Source: Verrucomicrobiota bacterium
GTDB taxonomy: Bacteria > Verrucomicrobiota > Verrucomicrobiia > Opitutales > Opitutaceae
NCBI GenBank assembly: GCA_026398065.1
Contig: JAPLTR010000271.1
Location: 1-57,429 of the forward strand
DNA: 57,429 nt
Direction: 5' to 3'
Position 1 is the stretch's first letter. The number at the start of each line of letters is the position of its first letter. The position numbers were made by a program, and so were the translations under genes. The notes beneath the pieces are model-generated. The model ran no database searches. It worked only from the letters and a program-made list of their open reading frames with translations, and was not told where the DNA came from. Below, in pieces: positions 35,070-42,189 of this stretch.

Positions 35070-35090
35070 AGCCATTCGACATTCGTCACT
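35070..35090 (+). repeat. Heptad array AGCCATT CGACATT CGTCACT interrupted by the IS630 insertion (continues at 36337-36357 as AGTCCTT CGACACT CCTCTGG)
   Basis: Read directly. Removing the IS and one TA restores a phased 6 x 7-bp array that ends at ATG 36358. Confidence 0.8.
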
Positions 35091-36337
35091 AGTGTAGTGT
35101 CCCGCAATTGACTCGGCATAACGGCGGCCGGCCGGCCGGGCCCGACTTCAAGAGCGGTTGCTCGCGGTGGAGGAGCGGGGTTTGGGTTGCGTGGAGCCCG
35201 GCTCGATCTGGTCGAGCCGTTGGCGGGCGCGAGCGATTTTTTCGAGGATGGACTCGATGCTGGCAGTCCACACGAAAGGCGCAGGAGCGGCGTTCCAAGC
35301 GGTGAGAAACTCGGTGATGGCGCGTTGCAGTTCGCACACGCTGTGAAAGACACCGCGCCGCACGGCCTTTTGGCTGAGTTCGGCGAACCACCGTTCGATC
35401 AGATTGAGCCAACTCGAACTGGTCGGGATGAAGTGCAGCACAAACCGGGGATGCCGGGCCAGCCAGCGCCGGACGCGCACGTGGCCGTGCGTGCCATAGT
35501 TGTCGAGGATCAGGTGCAGGGCTTTCCCGCTAGGGAACTCGGCATCGAGTCGTTGGAGAAACTTCAAAAACTCCTGGTGCCGGTGCCGAGGATAGCATTG
35601 GCCGATCACCCGGCCCTCGACGACTTGCAGGGCGGCAAACAACGTCGTGGTGCCGTGGCGGTGGTAGTCGTGCGTGTAGGTCCCACAGCGACCGGGCTTG
35701 AGCGGCAGGCCGGGCTGCGTGCGATCCAACGCTTGAATCTGGCTCTTCTCATCGACGCACAGCACGACCGCGTTCTGCGGCGGCGTCAGGTAGACGCCGA
35801 CCACGTCGGTGAGCTTCTCCAAGAACTTCGGGTCACGGGAGAGTTTGAAGCTTTTGGTCAGATGCGGTTTGAGCCCGTGATCCTGCCAGGCCCGTTGAAT
35901 CGTGTTTTTGCTGACCCCTTGCGCGCGGGCCATCTGGCGCGTGCTCCAGTGGGTCGCGCCAGCCGGCTTGGTTTGGAGCGTGGCATCGATCCACTGCCCG
36001 ACGCGCGCAGCGGTGTAGGAGCGTTTGCGCCCACGCCCGGCGGCAATCTCCCACACACAGCCGATGCCTTGCTCGCGCACCCGCCGTCGCCACAGCGCGG
36101 CGGTCTCACGCCGAATCCCCAGTGCGCTCGCGGTCGCCTTGTCGGACTGCCCTTGCGCAGCCCCGCGAATAATCCGGGCACGAAGCACCACCTGCTGCGG
36201 CGTCGATCCCGCACGGATCCATTGCTCAAGGCGGATCTGCTCCGCGTCCGACAAAACCACCGGCAAACTTGTTCGCGACATCCGGCCATCCTACCGGCCG
36301 AACGCTTATGCCGACTCAATTGCGGGACACTACACTA
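35090..36337 (-). mobile_element. IS630-family insertion sequence (1244 bp) with 30-bp terminal inverted repeats and a TA target duplication
   Basis: Left IR GTGTAGTGTCCCGCAATTGACTCGGCATAA (35092-35121) matches the reverse complement of 36306-36335 at 29/30 positions. TA flanks both ends (35090-91 and 36336-37). Single transposase ORF. Confidence 0.92.
35148..36281 (-). CDS. IS630-family DDE transposase
   Basis: 377 aa. N-terminal HTH domains. Catalytic region ...VLCVDEKSQIQALDR...LHLILDNYGTHG...SSWLNLIERWFAEL, the typical IS630/Tc1-like DD(35)E pattern. Confidence 0.9.
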   Translation of the reverse strand: MSRTSLPVVLSDAEQIRLEQWIRAGSTPQQVVLRARIIRGAAQGQSDKATASALGIRRETAALWRRRVREQGIGCVWEIAAGRGRKRSYTAARVGQWIDATLQTKPAGATHWSTRQMARAQGVSKNTIQRAWQDHGLKPHLTKSFKLSRDPKFLEKLTDVVGVYLTPPQNAVVLCVDEKSQIQALDRTQPGLPLKPGRCGTYTHDYHRHGTTTLFAALQVVEGRVIGQCYPRHRHQEFLKFLQRLDAEFPSGKALHLILDNYGTHGHVRVRRWLARHPRFVLHFIPTSSSWLNLIERWFAELSQKAVRRGVFHSVCELQRAITEFLTAWNAAPAPFVWTASIESILEKIARARQRLDQIEPGSTQPKPRSSTASNRS

Positions 36338-36357
36338 GTCCTTCGACACTCCTCTGG

Positions 36358-36783
36358 ATGAAACCCACCCGCGCCGCCGCCGTCCGGCCTCGCGCCGTCA
36401 AACCCGAGCACCCGCTCCAGTGGCTCGCCGAGCCCCTGCTGGATGAACCGTCCTTCGTCCTCAAGTCGTGGTTCGGCGGCCGCACGATCATGTTGCACGG
36501 CCACCACCACCTTTTCCTGACCACGCAGGGTGAGCCGTGGCAGGGCGTGCTGGTCTGCACCTTTAAAGGGCACCACGACAGCCTGCGCGCCGACTTCCCG
36601 TCGCTCGCGCCGCACCCCGTGCTGGGCAAATGGCTCTACCTGCCGGAAACCTCCGAGACCTTCGAGGCCGACGCCCGCCGTCTTGTCCAACTCGTCCGCG
36701 CCCGCGACCCCCGCCTCGGCATCCCGCCCTCCCCGAAAAAGAAACGCGCTAAAAAGCACGTCCGCTTCGGCGACAAATTGTAG
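36358..36783 (+). CDS. Hypothetical 141-aa protein (weak TfoX_N-like pattern) with a Lys-rich tail
   Basis: ATG 36358. ...LKSWFGGRTIMLHGHHHLFLTTQGEPWQGVLVCT... The C-terminus is PPSPKKKRAKKHVRFGDKL. The IS630 copy sits 20 nt upstream of the ATG. Confidence 0.4.
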   Translation: MKPTRAAAVRPRAVKPEHPLQWLAEPLLDEPSFVLKSWFGGRTIMLHGHHHLFLTTQGEPWQGVLVCTFKGHHDSLRADFPSLAPHPVLGKWLYLPETSETFEADARRLVQLVRARDPRLGIPPSPKKKRAKKHVRFGDKL

Positions 36784-36816
36784 GGGCCCAACTCGCCCGC
36801 GCCCCCATCCGCCCCC

Positions 36817-37902
36817 TCACCGCGCTGCCACAAACGGCTCGATCGCCCGCAGCCCCGCGCCCGCACACGCCGCGTCACGCTGTGCCGGCTCCGCAAACAG
36901 ATACACCGCGTAGCCGCCAAAGCCGCCGCCGCAGTACTTCCACGCGAGCGCCCCCGGCAGATCCGCCCGCAACTCCGCCATGCCTTCGGCCCGCTGCACC
37001 GCATACGACTGCCGCACTGCGTCGGCGAGACCCGCCAGACTGCTTTGCCAGACCGCGTCGCGCGCCGTCGCGCCCGCCCGTGCGATCGCATCGTAGTTCC
37101 GCGCCCCGCCGACCATCGCCGGGGTGTCGTGCTCGCTGCCCGTCCAGAGCAGCGCCATGCGCCCGCGCAGGAACTCCCCGCCCGTCTTCACGTCGAGCAC
37201 CGGGCGCGGACCGCTGCGCCACGCGCACAGTCCCGTCTCGGCGATCACCGCCGGATCCTGCCAGCCCACGCCGAGGTCGAGTTCCGACCCGATGCCATCC
37301 TTGCCGTTGAGCAGCGCCCACGCTCCCGAGCCGCCCAGGCCCGCATTGCGCTCGTAGGACCACTCGCGCAACGACACCGTCGGCGAGATCGCACAGTTCA
37401 CGATGTACGCCCCCGCCCGCGCGAGCCGCGGCACGTCGAGCCAGCCGCCGCCGAAATCCACCCGCAGCGGCGCGACCTCGGGCGCCCGGATGAACTTCAC
37501 GATCTGCGTCGTCGAGATCGGGGTGAACTTCGGCGGCGTCTTCGGCATCACCACATAGCTAGCCCCCACCTCCGCGCACAGCGCGCGCTTCAGCGGCCCG
37601 TACTTGTCGTCGTCCGTCACCGCGAGGATGTTCGGCCGCAGGCGCAAAAAGTGGTCCTTGAAATCGACGCCCTCCTCCTTCCCTTCGCCCACGACGACCT
37701 CGTCCACCATCTCCAGGGCCGCAATGAGCGCGCGCTTGTGCTCGTCGGGCAGGGAACTCCGCCGCTGCTTGTGGTGCCAGAGCACGTCGTTCGACGCGAA
37801 ACACACCGTCAGGTGGTCGCCCAGCGCCCGCGCCTCGCGGAAAAACTGCACGTGGCCCGCATGGAGGATGTCGTAGCAGCCGGAGACAAAGACGCGGATC
37901 AT
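36817..37902 (-). CDS. Fusion of a cytidylyltransferase-like nucleotidyltransferase and a GHMP-type kinase
   Basis: 361 aa from ATG 37902. MIRVFVSGCYDILHAGHVQFFREAR carries the (H/T)xGH motif of the cytidylyltransferase family. The C-terminal part has the GHMP-like motifs NAGLGGSGAWALL and YCGGGFGGYAVYLF. Confidence 0.6.
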   Translation of the reverse strand: MIRVFVSGCYDILHAGHVQFFREARALGDHLTVCFASNDVLWHHKQRRSSLPDEHKRALIAALEMVDEVVVGEGKEEGVDFKDHFLRLRPNILAVTDDDKYGPLKRALCAEVGASYVVMPKTPPKFTPISTTQIVKFIRAPEVAPLRVDFGGGWLDVPRLARAGAYIVNCAISPTVSLREWSYERNAGLGGSGAWALLNGKDGIGSELDLGVGWQDPAVIAETGLCAWRSGPRPVLDVKTGGEFLRGRMALLWTGSEHDTPAMVGGARNYDAIARAGATARDAVWQSSLAGLADAVRQSYAVQRAEGMAELRADLPGALAWKYCGGGFGGYAVYLFAEPAQRDAACAGAGLRAIEPFVAAR

Positions 37903-38075
37903 GGTGGGTTCGGATCGAAAGGGAGGATCGTCACGCTCTCCGCCCCACCCGCACCCCGTCAACCTGCGATTTCCTCCAAAAATCGTTCTCGTTCCTCGTC
38001 ATCGTTCTCTTTCGTCAGGCACCCGGGGTCGGCGGAAAACCGAGAACCATCGAAAGCAAGCTGACCGAGGAGCTC

Positions 38076-38924
38076 CTACCGCGCCCCACCCCGCTCCCGG
38101 TACTCCGTCGGCGTCATGCCGGTGCACCGCACAAACGCCCGCGAAAACACCACCGCGCTGCGATACCCCACGCGCGGCGCGATCGCATCGAGCTTGTCCC
38201 CCGTGGTCGCGAGCAGCTCCTGCGCCCGCTGTATCCGCATATAGGTGACGTGCTCCATCGGCGTGCGGCCCAGCTCGCGCCGGCACAGCCGCCGCAGGTG
38301 TTCCGCGCTCAGCGAACACTCCTTCGCCAGCGTCCCGAGCTTCCACTCCGCCGTCAGGTCGCGCGCCACCGTTTCCCAGAGGGCGCCCACCCGCGACCCG
38401 CTCCGCCACGGCCGCGCCCGGCGCCAGGCGAGCCCGTGCGCCAGCGACACCCAATGGCGCACCATGTCCGCCTCACGGTCGCCCTCCCACTCCGCCCGCA
38501 GCCCCGCGATCACGCGCCCAAACTCCTCCGCCCCCTGCGCCTGCCGCAGGGGCGAACCCGCCCCGACGAGCGGCTTCGTCCACGGCGCCTCGTCGTACCG
38601 CACCCACGCAAACACCCAGCGCTTCCCCGGCACCGCGTGAAACGCATTGAGCACCCGCGGCGGCGCGAGGCACAGCGAGCCCGCCGCCACCCGCTGCCAG
38701 CGCCCCTCCAGCCACACGCGTCCCTCGCCTTCGAGGCACGCGAGGAAAAAGCTCCCGGACGGCGCCAGCCGCACGCGGCTGTAGGGCGCATGCACCGTGT
38801 CGATCCCCAGCCACGCGATGTGCTGCGTCTTCAGCTCGGGGCACTGTTTCGCGTCCAGCGACCACCGTCGCGTGCGCGCGCCATCGACGGTCGTTTCTTT
38901 CCAGATGTGGGGGGGCGTCGGCAT
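38076..38924 (-). CDS. AraC-family transcriptional regulator
   Basis: 282 aa from ATG 38924. Cupin-like N-terminal domain. C-terminal double HTH ...LAKECSLSAEHLRRLCRRELGRTPMEHVTYMRIQRAQELLATTGDKLDAIAPRVGYRSAVVFSRAFVRCTGMTPTEYR. Confidence 0.85.
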   Translation of the reverse strand: MPTPPHIWKETTVDGARTRRWSLDAKQCPELKTQHIAWLGIDTVHAPYSRVRLAPSGSFFLACLEGEGRVWLEGRWQRVAAGSLCLAPPRVLNAFHAVPGKRWVFAWVRYDEAPWTKPLVGAGSPLRQAQGAEEFGRVIAGLRAEWEGDREADMVRHWVSLAHGLAWRRARPWRSGSRVGALWETVARDLTAEWKLGTLAKECSLSAEHLRRLCRRELGRTPMEHVTYMRIQRAQELLATTGDKLDAIAPRVGYRSAVVFSRAFVRCTGMTPTEYRERGGAR

Positions 38925-38973
38925 GGGCTGAACCGCCCCCAGCACCTGCGCCAACTCCCCCGCCCCCGCAAGC

Positions 38974-39001
38974 GAATGTGCAAAATCGTCAGTTGAATGT
39001 G
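38974..39001. promoter_or_regulatory. Direct repeat GAATGTG-N14-GAATGTG in the divergent AraC/sulfatase intergenic region (candidate AraC-type operator)
   Basis: GAATGTG occurs at 38974-38980 and 38995-39001, 21 bp start to start (two helical turns). This spacing is typical of AraC-family direct-repeat half-sites. Confidence 0.4.
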
Positions 39002-39068
39002 TGCGATCCGGCCTTGTTCCGCCCCGTGATCGGCCCAAGGGTTCCCTTCCCCGTTCGCGGTTCGCCGA

Positions 39069-40601
39069 ATGCCCACCCCTCGCCTACGCCCGCTTCTCCT
39101 CGTCGTCCTCGCGGCGCTCTCCGGTCTCCGCGCCGCCGATACCCCTGCACGGCCCAACGTCCTGTTCATCGCCGTCGACGACCTGAAGCCCATGATCGGC
39201 GCCTACGGCGACCGCCTCGCCCGCACGCCGAACCTCGACCGCCTGGCCGCCCGCGGGCTCCTCTTCGAAAACGCCTACTGCAACCAGGCCGTCTGCGCCG
39301 CCTCGCGCAACAATCTCCTCGTCGGCTCCCGCTCCACCACCCTCGGCATCTACGGCCTCGCCCTGAATTTCCGCCGCTCCGTCCCCGACGCCGTCACACT
39401 CCCGCAGTATTTCATGCGGCAGGGCTACCGGACCGAGGGCATGGGAAAGATTTTCCACGTCGGCCACGGCAACACCGACGATCCCGCCTCCTGGAGCGTC
39501 CCGTTCAAAAAGGACAACGTCGTCGACTACGCTCTCCCCGAGAGCACCGACGGCGGCAAGCTCACCCGCGAGGCCGCCCTCTTCAGCAACGCCCAGCCCG
39601 GCGTCCCCCTCGGGCAGCTCCCCCGCGGCGCCGGCTGGGAAAACGCCGACCTCCCCGACACCGCCTACGCCGACAGCCGCATCGCCGATCACGCCATCGC
39701 GAGCCTGCGCGGCGCGAAGGAAAAGCCCGCCGAGCCCCTCTTCCTCGCCGTCGGCTTCGTCCGCCCCCACCTCCCGTTTTCCGTGCCGAAAAAATACTGG
39801 GACCTCTACGACCGCGCCACGCTTCCGCTCGCCGTCCGCCGCACTCCGCCCGACGGCGCCCCCGCGTACGCCGGCAAAACTCTCGGCGAACTCAACCAGT
39901 ACAAGCCCTTCCCCGAAAATCCCCCACTCTCCGAGGAACTCGAGCGGACCGCGATTCACGGTTACTATGCGAGCGTCTCCTACATGGACGCCCAACTCGG
40001 CCGCGTCCTCGACGAACTCGACCGCCTCAACCTCGCCGCCAACACCATCATCGTCCTCTGGAGCGACCACGGCTGGCACCTCGGCGACCACGGCATGTGG
40101 ACGAAGCACACCAACTACGAGCAGGCTACTCACATTCCCCTCCTGATCGTGGCCCCCGGCGTCACGCGTCCCGGCACCCGCACCACCGCCCTCGTCGAGA
40201 CCGTCGATCTCTATCCCACTCTCCGTGACCTCGCGCACCTTCCCACCGTCGCCGTCCCGCAGACGCTCGACGGCCTTAGCCTCGTCGCGATTCTCCGCGA
40301 CCCCGCGACCGCCACGATCCGCGACCACGCCACGCACGCGTACCCGCGCAACGTCCCCGGCCGCGGCGAACTCCTCGGCCGCGCCATCCGCACCGCCCGC
40401 TACCGCCTCGTCGAATGGAAAAAGATCGGCGCCCCCGCCGACACCGCCGATCTTGAGCTCTACGACTACGAGACCGACCCCCTCGAAACCAAAAACCTCG
40501 CCGCCTCCCAGCCCAAGGTCGTCACCGAACTCCGCGCCATCCTCGCCCGCCAGCCCGAGGCGAAACCCCGCCCCGGTGCCGCCGCCACCCAGCCCAAATA
40601 A
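39069..40601 (+). CDS. Secreted sulfatase (iduronate-2-sulfatase-like, formylglycine-dependent)
   Basis: 510 aa. Signal peptide. NVLFIAVDDLKP metal-site motif. Active-site box QAVCAASRNNLLVG (C-x-A-x-R at 39294-39308). Later motifs LWSDHGWHLGDHGMWTKH. Confidence 0.88.
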   Translation: MPTPRLRPLLLVVLAALSGLRAADTPARPNVLFIAVDDLKPMIGAYGDRLARTPNLDRLAARGLLFENAYCNQAVCAASRNNLLVGSRSTTLGIYGLALNFRRSVPDAVTLPQYFMRQGYRTEGMGKIFHVGHGNTDDPASWSVPFKKDNVVDYALPESTDGGKLTREAALFSNAQPGVPLGQLPRGAGWENADLPDTAYADSRIADHAIASLRGAKEKPAEPLFLAVGFVRPHLPFSVPKKYWDLYDRATLPLAVRRTPPDGAPAYAGKTLGELNQYKPFPENPPLSEELERTAIHGYYASVSYMDAQLGRVLDELDRLNLAANTIIVLWSDHGWHLGDHGMWTKHTNYEQATHIPLLIVAPGVTRPGTRTTALVETVDLYPTLRDLAHLPTVAVPQTLDGLSLVAILRDPATATIRDHATHAYPRNVPGRGELLGRAIRTARYRLVEWKKIGAPADTADLELYDYETDPLETKNLAASQPKVVTELRAILARQPEAKPRPGAAATQPK

Positions 40602-40633
40602 CTCCCCTGCACCCCTCGTCACGTTTCACCCTC

Positions 40634-40668
40634 CGTCAATAGACATTAGACATTCGTCATTAGTCATT
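40634..40668 (+). repeat. 5 x 7-bp tandem repeat (CGTCAAT AGACATT AGACATT CGTCATT AGTCATT)
   Basis: Read directly, 16 nt before ATG 40685. Confidence 0.9.
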
Positions 40669-40684
40669 CCATCCCCCTCTCACC

Positions 40685-41560
40685 ATGCCCAACCCTTGGA
40701 CCGGAAAAGGAAACCCTTACACGCGCGAGGAAGTGCGCGCCCGCCTGCAGGCGACGCTCAACAAGGGCGACGCCATCATTGCCGCCGGTGCCGGTACCGG
40801 CATCAGCGCCAAGTTCATCGAGAAGGGCGGCGCGGACCTCATCATCATCTACAATAGCGGCCGCTTCCGCATGATGGGCCACGGCTCCACCGCCGGCATG
40901 ATGGCCTACGGCGACGCCAACGCCATCGCCATGGAGATCGGCGAGTATGAGGTGCTCCCCGTCGTCGAGGAAGTCCCCGTCATCTGCGGCGTCCACGCCA
41001 CCGACCCGCGCCGCCGCATGTGGCACTGGCTCGGCCAGGTGAAGGAGATGGGCTTCTCCGGCGTGAACAATTTCCCCACCCACACCATCGTCGACGGTCA
41101 TTTCCGCGGCGTCCTCGAGGAGACCGGCATGTCCGTGAAAAAGGAATACGAGATGATCGCCCTCGCGCGCCGCATGGACCTCTTCTCCATCGTCTATGTC
41201 GGCAGCCCCGAGGAGGCCATCGAGATGGCCAAGGCCGGCGCCGACGCCATCATCGCCCACGTCGGCACCACCGTCGGCGGCAGCATCGGCGTGACGAGCG
41301 CCGTCGTCAGCTGGGATCACACCATCAAGCGCACGCAGGACATCATCGACGCCGCCTCGACCATTCGGAAGGACATTTTCTTCCTTTGCCACGGCGGCCC
41401 CATCAACACCCCCGACGACGCCCACCGCGTCATCTCCGCCACCACCTGCGACGGCTTCGTCGGTGCCAGCAGCCTCGAACGCATGGGCGTCGAGGAATCC
41501 CTCACCAACCTCACCCGCAAATTCAAATCCCTGAAGCGCAAACCCGCCGCGAAATCCTGA
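40685..41560 (+). CDS. TIM-barrel protein of the PEP-hydrolase-like / 'TIM-barrel signal transduction' family (C-terminal half of plant Tm-1-like proteins)
   Basis: 291 aa. ...IIAAGAGTGISAKFIEKGGADLIIIYNSGRFRM...GVNNFPT...ADAIIAHVGTTVGGSIG...FFLCHGGPI... The family was recognised by eye. It usually occurs next to a UPF0261 gene. Confidence 0.6.
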   Translation: MPNPWTGKGNPYTREEVRARLQATLNKGDAIIAAGAGTGISAKFIEKGGADLIIIYNSGRFRMMGHGSTAGMMAYGDANAIAMEIGEYEVLPVVEEVPVICGVHATDPRRRMWHWLGQVKEMGFSGVNNFPTHTIVDGHFRGVLEETGMSVKKEYEMIALARRMDLFSIVYVGSPEEAIEMAKAGADAIIAHVGTTVGGSIGVTSAVVSWDHTIKRTQDIIDAASTIRKDIFFLCHGGPINTPDDAHRVISATTCDGFVGASSLERMGVEESLTNLTRKFKSLKRKPAAKS

Positions 41561-41621
41561 GTTCCCTTGGGTCGCAGAGAACACAGAGAAGGCACCGAGC
41601 CCACCGAGAATTCGTGTGTCT

Positions 41622-41657
41622 CTCCGTGATCTCCGTGCCTCCTCCGTGATCTCCGTG
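41622..41657 (+). repeat. Direct repeat of CTCCGTGATCTCCGTG (2 copies, 20-bp period) in the intergenic region
   Basis: Copies at 41622-41637 and 41642-41657. A related GTGCCTCCGTGTCTCTGTGG occurs at 46651-46670. Confidence 0.8.
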
Positions 41658-41676
41658 TCGAAAACATAAATTCCCC

Positions 41677-42129
41677 ATGTCGTCCCCCGCCGACCGCCGC
41701 TTCGTCCAGATCGCCGACGCCCTCCGCGAGCCCAACGCCTGGACCAACAACGAGTGGCTTTGCCGTCCCGACCTCGTGTCCGCCGAGAAGCTCCTCCTCG
41801 TCCGCGCCAATATGGACCCGATGCACTGCCATCCTTTCCACTATCACCCGCACCGTGAGGAGATCATCTATGTGGTCTACGGTCGCGCCGAGCAGTGGGT
41901 CGGTCAGGACTACCGCATCCTCGGTCCCGGCGAGATGGCCCACATCCCCGCTGGCACGATCCACGCCACCTACAACCCCCACGCCGAGCCGCTCGTCTTT
42001 CTCGCGATGCTCTCCCCGGCCAAGCTCCCCGATCCCCTCGCCGCCGCCCCCGACCCCTGCGACGTTTCCTCTCAGGAACCCTGGGCCAGCCTCCGCCGCG
42101 GCCTGAAGCCCTGCGTCACCCGTTTCTGA
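41677..42129 (+). CDS. Cupin-domain protein
   Basis: 150 aa. HCHPFHYHPHREEIIYVVYGRAE...GEMAHIPAGTIHATYN carries the two cupin metal-binding motifs. Confidence 0.75.
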   Translation: MSSPADRRFVQIADALREPNAWTNNEWLCRPDLVSAEKLLLVRANMDPMHCHPFHYHPHREEIIYVVYGRAEQWVGQDYRILGPGEMAHIPAGTIHATYNPHAEPLVFLAMLSPAKLPDPLAAAPDPCDVSSQEPWASLRRGLKPCVTRF

Positions 42130-42189
42130 CCCTCTTCCCAGTCCCCTCCGTCTCTCCGTCTCTCCTGCGCGCCTCGCGCACCCCACCCC

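Noticed and set aside
41561-41676. The repeat-rich spacer after the TIM-barrel gene, considered as an ncRNA or riboswitch.
   Set aside because: I see only direct CTCCGTG-type repeats and weak imperfect pairing, and no recognisable conserved RNA motif. It is reported as a repeat only.
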